Of a DNA stretch of 64,000 nucleotides, positions 1-13,743 are shown piece by piece. Position numbers and translations under genes: made by a program. This stretch comes from Lytechinus pictus (taxonomy: Eukaryota), in contig NC_087252.1 in the NCBI RefSeq assembly GCF_037042905.1, forward strand, positions 1,924,001-1,988,000, written 5' to 3'. The stretch's first letter is position 1. The number at the start of each line of letters is the position of its first letter. Below the pieces are notes generated by a model, which was not told the origin of the DNA, made no database searches, and was given only the letters and a program-made list of their open reading frames with translations.

Positions 1-879
1 ATAGCTTTCTTATTTTACATCCACTTGTTCAATTTTTCTCTTTTTATTAAGAGTAACTTTTTGTTAGGGTTGACTTGTGAAATAAACCCTTGCAGCAAGT
101 TAGCTTTTGTGAAAGCACAAAAACCAGAGCATATGAAATGTCAAGATCAATAATGCTCTCTTTTTATTTTTTTAAAGAGATTTATAACTAATTAAACTTT
201 GAAAATCATGCCTCTGTGTGAAGTCACACATGTTTTCTATTGTTTGAATTACAGATTTGACATTAAGGGCTAACTTGACTAAACCATAAAATGTTCGAAC
301 AATTCAACGCGTTTAGAAATGTCAAATTTCATATTTTACATCCGATTTTGATAAAAATTTTTTTAGTGTTATGCTTGTTGGATTTTTTTATTTTTATTTA
401 AATCAACGTTTTATTTGGGTGAATTTTTCCTTAAAACATTTTACCTACAGTAAATTTGGTTTACTAAAGACAAATATACAAATAGGAGATGGATGCTTAA
501 AATGGTTACTCTTATTTGATTACTGGCCTTGGTTTACATGTATGTATGTTGTAAAATACTTTCTTATAGTTTTCTTATTGTACAATAGTGTCATAACATG
601 GCACAACAACAAGTCATACATGTATTTGTGTTTATAAATTTTCAAGAGTGGCATGGACATACTCTTGGCAATAATTTTGCACTCTTTGTACCCACAGCTT
701 TTGTTATTTTGCCAACAAATGACTCACGCCTCTTAAACATTTCAATTATTGCCTTACATGTTCATGTACATGTAATTCATATATTAAAGGGTATGAATTA
801 AGACTCTCCTAATGTACATATCCCCATGGCATGAGATTTATTGTGTGAAGGCTTTATCTTCATTTGATATCCTTATACA

Positions 880-1225
880 TGGTGTAGTGGTTCACTCACT
901 TGACTCCTAAACCAAGGGTTGAGGGTTCAAATACCATCCAGCGCTAATGTCCTGTGGCAGATACTTATCCATGTTTGCCACTCTCCACCCAGGTGTTAAA
1001 TGGGTACCCGGTAGGATGTGAACGTCATTGTGATTACATTGGCACATGTGCATCAATAAATTAACGGTTGCCTGGCCAGATACTTCCCAGGGAGTGGAGA
1101 TGGTGCACTTTATGTGTGGAACATTGATGGATTCTGTTACCATGGTAATGATAAATACAAAGTAAAGCACTTAAGTATGAAGCGCTTTATAAATCTAACT
1201 ATTACTATTAACATTATTATTAGTA
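880..1225 (+). mobile_element. tRNA-derived SINE
   Basis: A-box-like tggtgtagtgg, B-box-like gggttcaaatacc, central ccaggtgttaaatgggtacc motif, tail agcgctttataaat followed by (TAT)-rich end. Confidence 0.75.
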
Positions 1226-1249
1226 TAATTATGTTGTGGTTATTTTCAG

Positions 1250-3586
1250 GCGCTGGAAGAGCAAATGGAACTGAGACGAACAGGAAGTAGTTTAGGGACA
1301 TGCCCCACCTTGCCCATCAACCCCAAGAATTCTGGAAAAGCCAAACCTCGTACCAAGACTCGGGAGAAGCGCTACTACCAGTGTGAACATTGTAATATCA
1401 TCTATGAGCAACCCCGTAAGCTCGAACGGCACCTACAAGATCTTGTCGGCAAACCACCTTACGTGTGCTGTTACTGCGACATGGCATTTCCAACTCTTGG
1501 CTGTAAGAGGTTTCACTCTCGTCTACATGAGGACAAGACCATGCCATGTCCGTACTGCCCGAAGGTATTCCATGAAAGGCGCAGGTATGATGATCATGTC
1601 CGCTCGCATACAGGCGAAGCACCGTTTATGTGTCAGGAGTGTGGAAACGTTTACCGTACACGGAGTGCGCTCCGCATCCACAAACGCACACATGGCAATG
1701 ACAAGCCCTTGCAGTGTCGTTTCTGCCCCAAGCGTTTCATTCGGATTGGAGATGTTCAGGTGCATGAACGCACCCATACGGGAGAGAAGCCCTACAAATG
1801 CGGGATCTGCGAGAGTTCCTTTGCCACCAGCAGCCAAGTCAATCGCCACAGACGGACACATTCAGAAGAGCGCCCCCATCAATGTTCCTATTGCAATAAG
1901 ACTTTCAAGAATCCAGACTATCTGATAACTCATGAAAAAATGCATCTTGGCCATAAGCCACACCACTGCAAGTACTGTCCTAAACAGTTCCGTACCCCAA
2001 GAGAATTGGTTCACCATGAGCGTGTGCATACAGGCGAGAAGCCCTTTGAGTGCAAGGAGTGTGGACATCGCTTTTCCAAAAAGACCAATCTCAAACAGCA
2101 CGAGTTGCAACACACTGGTATCAAGTCCTTCAAGTGTTCCAAGTGTCCAAAGTCCTTCTACAGGAAAGCATCTCTTATGTGGCATGAGAAAATCCACGAG
2201 AATCGGGAACGCTTCCTCTGTAAGGAATGTGGCAAGCTGTTCTTCAAGGAGTCATCGCGCGACAAGCATGTCCGTAAAGCTCACGGTAAAGATGAGGGAG
2301 CCGAAAGTGGCGATGGGGATGGTGATGTCTTGGAGGAGGACGAAGGAGAAGAGGGTGAATTACAAGATACTGAAGGTGGAGAATCATCCTGTGAAAAAAA
2401 CCCTGATACGTATCCCAGGGCTGCATCGCGAGAAAAGCGTACTCCGAGTAAAGTTCAAAATGATGGAACTGATAGCACATGCGAGGAATGTGGTAAGACG
2501 TTTCTGGCCCGCAGATCACTCCTGCGACATTACAGAGCAATTCACAACCGCTACATCTCCAGAAATGGAGAGGGTGACTCTCCAGGGACAAAACCGAAGA
2601 AATCCTTCTCTTGTAGAATATGCTCTGAGACATTCCTGACCGATCATCTACGGCATGTGCATGAAGGTACGCACACCAACGCATCCTTCACCTGTGAAAC
2701 GTGCAACAAAACGTTCTCCACTCGCCAGCTCCTCGTGAAGCACCAGAAGATCCACTCCGATGTCAAGCCTCACGTCTGTGAAACCTGCGGGAGTGCCTTT
2801 ACCATCAAATGGTACTTGAACAGACACATCAACATCGTGCATTCTGATGTCTACAGCCATTCCTGCTCCATCTGCGACAAGAAATTCAAATCCAAGACGG
2901 CGCTCAGCGTCCACATGCAACTCCACAACGTTGAAGGTAAGGTGTACAGATGCGATCAATGTGATGCAGAGTTTCATGTTAAGCGCTACCTTGCCAGACA
3001 CAAGCGAAAGTACCATCGTGGCAAAGACAGTGCCAAGACTGCTCGCCGTGCCAACACTAAACACAAGGATGATGATGATGACGATGATGACCCTATGTAT
3101 GATTTTGATGATAACATGGATGATGATGGCTTTGACATCATGAATGATGATTCCCAAGCGGTGTCCGGGGTGTTCCTGCGTCAGATGCTCTCCAAGGGTA
3201 GCGACCTGGATGATTTCAACAAATCTTCTAAGGCACTCAACAACCATGAACATTCAGATCTAGAAGACACTACAAATACTTTAAATAATCATGAATCCGA
3301 CAGTAATAGTGTTCCTAAGGTTGATATCGACCATGATGGTTCTTCATTTAAAAAGATACCTAGCAAAGATCAAGACATAGATCAAGAACACCAATTAATG
3401 CAATCTTCTGCTGACATTGCAAGTACCTCTAAAGATATCAGTTTTAACCTTACCCCAGAAGATGATAATGCTGAACCTTTTATTGACAGGGAGGATAATC
3501 ATGATGACGATGAAGAAGGTGATAACGATGATGAATACGATGGTGCTTTTTCCCTTGATGGTGATGAAATGTCAAATTATGTTTAA
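1250..3586 (+). CDS. Terminal coding exon of a multi-C2H2 (Kruppel-type) zinc-finger protein; ~17 fingers in two clusters, acidic linker and acidic C-terminal tail
   Basis: 773-aa ORF with repeated CxxC-x12-HxxxH and TGEKPY/F linkers. 11 fingers, acidic spacer, then 6 fingers; the first finger lacks its second His. Acceptor ttttcAG|GCG at 1248-1249 is in frame with the ATG at 1265, so upstream exons are likely outside the window. Confidence 0.93.
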   Translation, partial: ALEEQMELRRTGSSLGTCPTLPINPKNSGKAKPRTKTREKRYYQCEHCNIIYEQPRKLERHLQDLVGKPPYVCCYCDMAFPTLGCKRFHSRLHEDKTMPCPYCPKVFHERRRYDDHVRSHTGEAPFMCQECGNVYRTRSALRIHKRTHGNDKPLQCRFCPKRFIRIGDVQVHERTHTGEKPYKCGICESSFATSSQVNRHRRTHSEERPHQCSYCNKTFKNPDYLITHEKMHLGHKPHHCKYCPKQFRTPRELVHHERVHTGEKPFECKECGHRFSKKTNLKQHELQHTGIKSFKCSKCPKSFYRKASLMWHEKIHENRERFLCKECGKLFFKESSRDKHVRKAHGKDEGAESGDGDGDVLEEDEGEEGELQDTEGGESSCEKNPDTYPRAASREKRTPSKVQNDGTDSTCEECGKTFLARRSLLRHYRAIHNRYISRNGEGDSPGTKPKKSFSCRICSETFLTDHLRHVHEGTHTNASFTCETCNKTFSTRQLLVKHQKIHSDVKPHVCETCGSAFTIKWYLNRHINIVHSDVYSHSCSICDKKFKSKTALSVHMQLHNVEGKVYRCDQCDAEFHVKRYLARHKRKYHRGKDSAKTARRANTKHKDDDDDDDDPMYDFDDNMDDDGFDIMNDDSQAVSGVFLRQMLSKGSDLDDFNKSSKALNNHEHSDLEDTTNTLNNHESDSNSVPKVDIDHDGSSFKKIPSKDQDIDQEHQLMQSSADIASTSKDISFNLTPEDDNAEPFIDREDNHDDDEEGDNDDEYDGAFSLDGDEMSNYV

Positions 3587-4552
3587 CGACTAGAATATTC
3601 TTATGCAGCAGTCGAACGACATGTAACAAAACCGACCCCAGTGAGATCAAAGCTGTAACGTTATTTAGAATGGCATATTTTCGATTGATGTGAAGTGGGT
3701 CTCGTTGGGTCAGTATAGTTTTAGCGTACATTTATCTGTACTTTAGATAGAGAGATGAAATCAACCAAAGCCTTACTCATTATTTTGTTATTCTCATACC
3801 CCATTTATTATGTTAACCAACATATACAGGCTTAGAATATCCATGTTACATCCATTTTCCAAACCCACCTCCAGACGTTTCCCAGAAACCTCTTTGAGAC
3901 TCTTCAAATAAAATCAATCTAAACCTGGGAAGTATTTCATGAAAAAAATAAATTAGTGACAACTGTTATAAGCTACTGTAATCCTTGCATCTGATTGGCT
4001 TAGAACAAATTATTCAGTGAAAATCTCTGACAATATACTTCATGAATTACTCCTCCGTACAAGTTAATGTAGTTTTCACCTCGAACTGTAGTTTGTCAAA
4101 AATACTTTGTATTAGTTTCTTATAATGGTATACATGTAGTAGACCAAGAAAAACAAATGATAATAACCACAAGATAAATTCATCTCTTGGCTTGACATTG
4201 TTAAAGGCTGATCTAAAGTGCCAATTAGCGCCTGTCTTCTTGTATTTGTATTAAGAAATGCATAAGTTAACTCATCACCAATTCATAGCAGTTTTTTGGA
4301 CCAGGGCCCTGGGACATACAGAGCTAGCCACTGAGGGGCTGAGCATCGATTATTGTACAGTTGGGCAATTCTTGGTCATGTGTGTGAACGAAATCATGAC
4401 AAATCTTGGCTTTAATTAGTTATAAATCAATTTTGTTTTACAGATTTATAACTAATTATGATATTGAAAGTTTAATTCACTGGAATTTCAAAATGAAATT
4501 AAACTTGTGTATGATCAATCATGAAATTAATAATCGATCATGAGGGCTTTAA

Positions 4553-4960
4553 CCCTAAAAGGCCTGGGGGGCCATAATGGCCCCCGTAGACGCTTCGCGT
4601 CATATTTCTGAAACGCAAAACGATAGCGCCGCAAAATTTTATGACTTTTTCTTACGCAACTTTTGAGACCAAATTCGTGACATACGGGAATAGAATCGCG
4701 ACGTCACGTGACTTTGTACGAGACAATGTCATGCCGAAAATGGCTCATTTTTATACTTTGTGTACAAAGTCTATGGGAGATGAAATTCATAAAAGGGTGA
4801 TTATTTTTCGTTCTAATTGGTCTGCTTAATTAATTTAGATGTTTAACGGTCTGTAATAATTTCCATTGAAAAAAACAATGAGAAACAAAAGATGAAAAAC
4901 AAAGAAATACATAAGAAATTCTAAAAACAAAGAAATACATAAGGAAATACTGTCATTTAA
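4553..4960. mobile_element. Fragment of piggyBac-like non-autonomous element
   Basis: TTAA|CCCTAAAAGGCCTGGGGGG terminus. Interior resembles the element at 39360. Right end not identified. Confidence 0.45.
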
Positions 4961-7900
4961 AAGAAAGAAATGCTTTGAGATATGCCTGCCTTGCCAGTGG
5001 ATGTACTGAAACATAACATAGAAGTGCAGAAATTTCTGACCCAATCAAATTGATTGATTGTTAAACATGAAATGCAAGAACTTGGTATATACTAAAGGCT
5101 AATCTTGTAGTGATTGTTGTAGCTTAATTATGCATCCTGTGATAGTCAATGATTTTATTTGTTCTAGTCTGCACATACTCGTACAGCACTGAATATTTTT
5201 TTTTTGTCGGGGGGATGGATGGGTAAAAATTGGATTAGTATTGTTCTTTATTTTTGTATCTTTCTGATATTGATATTTTTTTTCTATTACATAACCATAC
5301 ACTTTCACCTTACTATTTTCCCACCAACACAAAATGTTCATTTATTGTTTAACACTTACTATTTGAATTTAGGGTAAAAGCACTAGGTCATATGCCGTGT
5401 CTTGATGTTTAAAAAACAATAACATTGTTTATCATGTAATTTCATCGAAAATGACAAGGACTGCATCAACCAAATTGTTAATAGCAGAAACCAAAATTTG
5501 TAAATTTGAATTCAAGATCGCAATGGGTGTTTGCAAGTTCATTTTTTACCCTTTTGGTGTTGGTGTTGGGTCAATTTTTACATAGAAAACATAAAATGCA
5601 GTTGGTCCTGAAAAATCAATCACTTGGTGTTAAGCTACCAATGTTGTGATTGAATGAAAACTCTGAATATGTTTTGGAGCTAGGGAAGCAATCTAACTTG
5701 TGCTTCCAACACCAACACCAGCTCAAACACCAGACTTGAAATCACCCAATGAAGTTGGCAGGCATGCTCTTTTCAGTACCGCTAACAAATATTATTTCTT
5801 GCAACCAAGACATTTGATGCGGATTGATAAAAAGATACACAAATGAAACGATTAAAGGACGAGTCAACAAATTTGAAGGGAAATATTGGTAAGAAGAAAA
5901 GAGTATAAGAATTAAAATGATGATTCACCGTTGATAATTATGTCCACAAAATTTGTGATTGTAATGAAAATTAATGTTTTAAAATTGTTTAAAGCTTTTC
6001 CTATATGATTGTATTGTGATGTAATTATTTCATTATTCTTGGGGAAAATTTCCCAATTATTTCAATTATAATTTGTTTTAAATTTTGTGTTTTGGAAGTG
6101 ATTTTTTTTGCACCAGATCAAAGCATTCATTGGCAATTAATGTGTAAAGATCAAACATGTTTATATTCCATTGACTGGACAGGGCTGTGTTTGTACGAGT
6201 CACAAATTTTACATTGTAAACCTTGTCCCGTTGCTGACCCTTCTACATGTACTTCTAATTTCCTTGTCGTTATTTCTTTAAAAGGAACAATGTTAATGCT
6301 TAAGAAAACGATGTCAGCCAGACCATGATCTAATAGATTGAAAGTTTCTTCTTAATTATCTCAATTATGAAGAGGCTTAAAAGTTACTATCATAATAACT
6401 TTTCAATCTTAGTTGGTATCTTTGATGGAATCCTGAATTTTTATTGGTTGTCGGGCATTGTTACCATTAGATGGCAAATCTATCAAATAGAATTGATGAA
6501 ACAGACCCTAGATAATTATATTTTACCTTCCTTCTCTGCTATGATTCCGGTCCCATTGGCCCATATTCTGAAGTCGGGTGTGATTTAAACTCTGGTCCAA
6601 AGTTGTGGAAAGCTAATTATGACATAAATCTTAGGGAATAGAGGTTCAATGAATCGGGTCATTTGATTCTAAGATCATCCTTCACTATCTGGGATAGATG
6701 AAAAAAACGGTTCATTTCACTTATAAATAATTAGGAAAGAGCACAGCAATCATAAGAAGCAAATGATGTAAACAAGATTTTGACATGTTTGGCTTTCCAT
6801 AAGTTAAACAAGGGTCTGAATTAGACCTGACTTCTGATGGACCTTTCTGTCACCCTGTGGTCTTGTAATCTTCTAGGTCTAGTAGGTAACATCCATGGAA
6901 TACTTAATTTTGATTGGCTGTCGGACAGTGTTACCATGGCAGCTACCATTAGATGTCAAATTTGGTTTGATAAAACAGATCCTATATGATTACCTTGTCT
7001 GCTATGAATCCGGTCCCTTTCTGTCAGCCTGTGGTCTTATTAAGTTCTAGGTCCACTTGACTAAAATATATGCCAAGTGAAGTTTCAACTCATTTTTCTT
7101 TTGTCATGCGATACATTTCAATTCAGACCACCTATTCTTGCCCATGATCCTGTGTTTCATTGCCTACATGTGAATCAACTTTCATGAAGCTATTTTGAAA
7201 TTTGTGTATGATTTTACAATGGACTTGAATATTAAAGGGCCAAATTAGATGATGAGACGTGGCAATTTTTTCTTGATTCTTTGCAGCATATTTTGGCCTA
7301 TACAAAAAAAAAATCATGAACTTTCAATTGTCTTTATAACCATTCATTTGATATAAATATTGATTTAATCTTTCCTGCAATGTTCCTAAGCAGTCTCATG
7401 TTCAAATCCTCAACTAAGGACAAAAAAAATATTCTAGTTGGATTTAGGAATATTTAATATACATACATTTGTGCTCAACACTTTTAATAGTGAACCCCAC
7501 CACCATCTGTACTCCTTCATGCTGAGTGTTGAATGTAGACAACAACACTACCATGTTCAGCAAGCCTGGAGAAACACATTTTATTTAATGTAATAATTAT
7601 TTTATAGCCTGACTTTCCAATTGAATATCACAAACATGGCAGAATGTGAACACTTAGTATATATTTATTTTTTGGTGGTTTTCACTAACCTTTGATCACC
7701 ACTGTATATATCTTATTTCAACTTGTATGGTCTGAAATGATGAAAAGTCACACATGACTTGCAATATCTGATTTGTTCATAAAGTCATTTTCAGTTTGCG
7801 AATAGCTTACTGAAACATAAATGCATTGTGACACAAAACATATGTATTAATGTTAGGGTTGACATTTGTACATTGTGGTCATTGCAATCAATTGTAAAGA

Positions 7901-8439
7901 TGCATTCTAAGATTTGTGTTATGTACCCCTGGACCTTGTTTCATAAAGTTCAGTTATCAGTCTTAGGGTTGATTTTTACAATTAATAGCATTGATCATTA
8001 TGTTCTATCAATTTTACTTATCAACATGAAATCAAGTACAAATCTATGTGTTAAGGGGCCAAGGTCTAGTGAGTTATTGAGAATCATCCTACATGTGTAT
8101 CTTAACAACTCTGTGCATTCATATTTTGTCATCAATATGTTACAATTTATATCATGAAAAACAATTGATATAATGATTAGTAAGTACATGTGTGCACCTT
8201 TTAATATACTGTACATAATGCAATTAAAGATGGGATATTATGTTATATAACATGTATGTAATTATAACTGATGGTAATTCTTAGTATGTAATATTATGAA
8301 GCAAATCATTGTTGTTTAATAGTCATTGATGCGTATTGTGCAAACTGGTATGTGTTGTAAGTATATTTGTGGAATGAAAATATAGCCATATTGATAGATA
8401 CTGGAGACAGGTTTTTTGTATGTTTTTGTTGTTGTTTAA

Positions 8440-9030
8440 AGGGGAATCTAACTAAAATAAAACTTGTTTTTAGAGGAAAAAGGAAAATCAGACAAGTTGA
8501 TAGGTGACAGTTTTTTTACAGTGTCGGACAAACTATAAGAAAGTTATGAATTTTTAAAAGTTGTAAATATATCGAATCAATATACCAATGGAGACTTCAA
8601 AATGGCTACATATGTGTTGTCATAGATATGTAAGGAAGGACGACTATTCCATATACTCAATAACATGAAATGTCTAAAATGTCATTTTTCAAAAGTTTAA
8701 CTTCAAATTGTGTACTTGTTTTCATGAGGATATAAACATATACTACCTTGGTCATATTTAGATTACTGCCCCAGGGGAATGGGTACTTAGGAGAAAACCA
8801 CAAATCCCTTATGATAAAGCACATGCCTATTGGAAAGTTGTCCTTGCCCCTTGTCATAATTTACTTACCCAGTTGCCAATTTGAAATCTACTTAGTCTTA
8901 GGGATCTCAATTTTAAAGCAGCCATAACTTTTGTATTGATTGTCTGATTTCTTTTAAACTTTCACCATTCGATTTTATTTATTCTTCTCCTTTCCAACAC
9001 AACATTTTATGGCCAAGGCTGGATTCCCCT
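8440..9030. mobile_element. Kolobok-like MITE
   Basis: ttaa|AGGGGAATC ... GATTCCCCT inverted ends with subterminal inverted similarity. Right TSD degraded. Confidence 0.5.
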
Positions 9031-9095
9031 GACTGTTCATTTTCAAGACAGTTATGATATACTATTGTAACAAAAGTACATACAAAAAGAGACCA

Positions 9096-9441
9096 GGGCT
9101 GGTATTAAAATGAAAGTATTGATTAAGTATTTTATTTGATATTATACTCGGCTGAGCAAAATGTTTAACTCTTATTCAGATCACGCTTTATGAAGCCAAA
9201 TTTAAGCAAAATACTTACAAATAGCCATTATGACGTCATAAAGTTAAAAGCAAATAATGTGCAATGTACAGCATGTATGATTGTAAACTGCATGCAAGCC
9301 AGACTTAAGACAGGCAGACTTCTGACTTTGATTAAAGAAAAAAAATAATAATTTGATATCAAAGATGAATAAGTATCTTACTTAAAAAATACTGAGTAAA
9401 ATGCTTATATTATAGCTCAAGTATCGAATTAAATACTGGCC
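9096..9441. mobile_element. MITE (gggctggtatt...aatactggcc), paralogous to 54888-55578
   Basis: Short inverted termini. The interior aligns by eye with 54888-55578. Confidence 0.55.
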
Positions 9442-10067
9442 GAAGTCTGTCATTTCATACCAAAAACCCCAAAACCAAAAAATATTTACATGGTTTATTA
9501 AACAAAACAATTAGAAATTGTAGTATAACAGGATAATTATATAATACCTGGAATATTATAAAGGCTGGTTGTTAGCCATTATCAACATCATGCTGAAAAA
9601 TAATTTTTTAAATAATGAGAGAATTTTATCAATATATGCTATATATTCCAATTGTAAAGGTTCATTTTTGTCTCGCCTAAAAAGCAGAGTGAGACTATAG
9701 GCCCCTGCTTTTCTGACGGCGGCGGCGTCAACACAAAATCTTACCGAAGATTAAGTTTTTGAAATGACAGCATAACTTAGAAAGTACATGGACCTAGTTC
9801 ATGAAACTTGGCTCATTCCATTTTACCATTTTCCCTCTTTTTTTTTGCCCTTTTGTCATCTTTCAACATTTCCCTTTCTTACTAATCATGCTAATGTATT
9901 AGTATTCAGGAATTATTTGTTCTCTCTCACATGCTCTTCTTTCCTTCAATATCCCGCTTTCCTTCCGCTTTCCCCTTTTAAAAAATGCCTTTTCTGATTT
10001 TTTTCCCACTTTTTCCTTCCCTTCCACCCTCCTTTCTCTGTTTCCTCATTTTTTTCTTTATTTCTTT

Positions 10068-10254
<187 letters not shown>

Positions 10255-10668
10255 CTCCCTTTTCCCGATGAAATCCGACAAGGGGGGGGGGGTGCCTGGC
10301 ACCTGTTACGCCACAGAGTAACATGATAACCTTGGCAAAACGGTCTGACGGTGCTGTCCAGTTATGCTCTTAGATGTCCTCCCTTTTTACAGATATTCAA
10401 TATGAAACCTGCACGTTTTAAGATGAATTTAAAACATCGTATATAATATTCAGGGTTCTGTAATGTAAATAGAAACAATCAATAGTAAAGTGGGCTTAAC
10501 AAAATGTTTGAAAAAATATCTGAAAGATACTTTACTACTTTACAACATAATTTGTACACTTTGATTCAACCCGTTATTGCAAACAATATTTCCTCCTACT
10601 TGTGTGAATACATGTATCTCCCTAAAATTCAACAGTAAAACACATGAGTTGTAGTAGATAAAGTTTAA

Positions 10669-11268
10669 AGGACAGGTCCACCCCAAAAAGTTGATTTGAA
10701 TAAAAAGAGATAAATCCAAGAAGCACTGAAAATTTCATTAAAATCGGATGTAAAATAAGAAAGTTATGACATTCTAAAATATTTTGCTTAATTCCACAAA
10801 AAGTTATAATTTATGTACATCCAGATCGGTATGCAATAGGGAGACTGATGACGTCATCCAGTCACTATTTCTTTTCTTTTTATCAAATGAAATTTTTAAT
10901 AATTATTCTAAATTTCTCGTTACTGTCAAGTAAAACAATTTAATACCTCCCTGAATATGTGACATTAGCATTTTTAATATATGTTTCAGTGAAGTTGGTC
11001 CCTATTGTCATATCTATGATAAATGAAATTTTGTATAATTCAAACAATACAAAAAATAACAATGAGTATAAAGGACATAATCGACTGTCCGATTTTTTGC
11101 ATGCCACCAAAACGTGCATATCACTGTTTTGTGAAAAATAAGCGAAACTTTAAAATGTTACAACTTTTTTTATTTTACATTCGATTTTGATGAAATCTAC
11201 AGCTGTATACGAAATTGATTTTTCTCAAATCTTTATTCAAATCAACATTTTGCTGGGGTACTTGACCT
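10669..11268. mobile_element. Kolobok-like MITE with TTAA TSD
   Basis: TTAA|AGGACAGGTCCACCCC ... GGGGTACTTGACCT|TTAA. The same family is seen at ~1-430, ~29785-30310 and 33666-38038. Confidence 0.7.
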
Positions 11269-12698
11269 TTAATAAGTTACATTAGCTTCCTTATGTAAAC
11301 GTCACCAGAGTTGAACCAAAAGGCCTCTTGTGAATTTCATTCTACTAATATGAAGTCTGACTGATAATATATATGAACATTGGTTGAAACAATATATGCA
11401 ATAATTCAAGGTTTACATTTTATATACTAATTGATTACTCTGTGTTGATTTAATGATAACTCATTCTATATCTTTACAGGTTTCAAGGTTCCCATACTAC
11501 TATGTGACTAGATAACGTGAACTTGAAACTTACCTTTATGTTTTTTCTGTTATTAATCGGAAAGGGACTATCAACTCACAACCACATATACATGTACATG
11601 TTTTCTGTAATAATTGTGAATTCAGCTTGGAAGGGAAATAACAACGCTACTATTGACATTTTATCTAGATAACAGAGTGAGTACAGGTTAATTCCTCATC
11701 TCTTTAACAAGGAATATATGTTTTTTTTATTATATAACCTGAACGAAAAATTTCATCACTGTGAAAGAAGGAATATTTTTTTATTGTTCAAAGAAAGGAT
11801 GTATGAAAATGGCCAAAGAACTAAAACAAAATCATATCATCATGTTCTAACCCCCCCAAAAGAATCTGGTTTCAGCAATTATTGGATCACACATTTATTT
11901 TGGGCTTAACCACCATTAATCAGGTGGGGTTTTCAGTTTCAGTGATCACGTATGTTAGTAGCTTTGATCATTAGAGTCACAATTTGCATTATCAATAGTG
12001 ATTTGATTTTAGATGTTGATTACAAGATAAATAATTTGTCAGTTAACACTTTATGATTTAATGCAAGTGATTCTTATTAGAAGGTGAGAAGTATACTTTA
12101 TGTTTTATATTTTTTCCAAAAGCTGGTGAGCTTCCTTTAGAGATGTGATAGTAGGCCTATTTCAGATCTCGAAAATATAAGCTTCACTTTCACCAACAAA
12201 AACCATTTGCTCAGGATTATATCTCTGAATGTCTCTTTACTTCACAGTATTTTGAAGAAAAAGAAATCAAGGATTATCTGCAACGTTCTTCTCGGACTTA
12301 GGAATATTCTGACATTGATATCTCTTGAGCTGAATAGAAGCATAAAAAAACAGGTTGATACTGCCATGGACCTATTACAAAGCAGTAAGCCAAGTCAACC
12401 CTCTTGACATCTGTGACACCATGGTGACACCAAGACACGTACTAAGGAAAGAGAGACTTTCATCTCATATGCTTCTAAAAAAAAAACTGCATCCACAACC
12501 TGACAAAATTATTTGAAACAGTTCACAGCAACTGATGTTTTGTTCCTCATTTACTGTTACATACGGTTCACTACGATTTAAATTATTTTGTGTGTAAACC
12601 ATTGTATTTCAATTTGTTACATGGTATTTTAATCATACGTTTTGGTTATCTTTATTATTTACTATCATTAAGTCTGAATTGCTACATTTACAAACACC

Positions 12699-13743
12699 AT
12701 GGTAACACTCATTATTTTCATCACTTTATTTTATGCCAATGTGTATGAGTCAAGAGGAATATCCTTAATGCAAGGTCAAGAGGCCAATTTGGTTTTCCCA
12801 TATCCATGTGATGGTACACAAGTTACATTACAACAATCTAACAGATGGCCATTTTATAGTTCAACAAAAGGGTCATCACTGTCTTTGCCTGCAAATCAGG
12901 CCCAGAGATTTGAGGTTAAGAATCTGATTATCAATGGTAGCTGCTCCCTGGATCTTACAATAAGAGATCTCATAAGAGATGATCAAGGCACATACATTTT
13001 GTTTGTATATAAGGATGGTAACATAATAGGTGATGATACACATAGGATATATCTTCAGGTAGATTATCCTCCTGGTAAGGCATCATGTGTTGTAGGTGAT
13101 GATAAAGGTGGAGATTGGGTGGCAGTAGACTGTACAGCTAATGCTGGAAGTCTACCAGGGAAGATTGAATGCTATCAAGATGGTCTATGGATGCCTCCCC
13201 TGACAAAAACCGACTGAAACTGGCTCTCTTTTGAAACAGACTCTTCTCGTTAGAAAATCACAGCCAGTATTTTGTTGTTCTTCTATTCGGCAGGAAGATA
13301 AATCAAGATGTGCATGTGATAATTGTGCATTGTTTCTACAGAAAATTAATAGTACAGACCAACAGACAATGACATGGTAGCAATCATGATGTCTACTGCT
13401 CTCGTCTTGTCATCCATATCCACTACTAATGCAACGAAAAAGATCAGAAATGAATCAAAAATCAGTTATCATATATTCTTTGATAATACCTGTAGCCATT
13501 TTATCACTTATGATGAACATCTACTTTGCCTTCAATAAACTAAACCAAGGTAATGGTGCGTCAAAAATTCCGTCTACATCGAAAAACTTGAATAGTTACA
13601 AAACTGAAACATGTGAAGTGGAGAAACCGAGTACAATTCATTATTATCAGCCCCTCCAACAATCTGCAGAGATATCTGGCATGTTTTATATAAACAGAAA
13701 TGAAAGCTGTACCAGTAAAGACACGACGCGTGTGATTCTCTAA
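12699..13743 (+). pseudogene. Intronless type-I membrane Ig-superfamily receptor (signal peptide, V-like Ig, Cys-rich second domain, TM, Tyr-containing tail), frameshifted
   Basis: Signal peptide MVTLIIFITLFYANVYESRG and Ig F-strand motif LTIRDLIRDDQGTY. Removing one A from the A-run at ~13205 extends the frame (PTETGSLLKQTLLVRKSQPVFCCSS...CACDNC) to a TAG at 13378. TM SVIIYSLIIPVAILSLMMNIYFAF and a YYQPL motif lie in the downstream ORF 13429-13743. Confidence 0.7.

Noticed and set aside
1383..3253. Overlapping alternative-frame and antisense ORFs
   Set aside because: Shadows of the zinc-finger CDS with no recognisable motifs.
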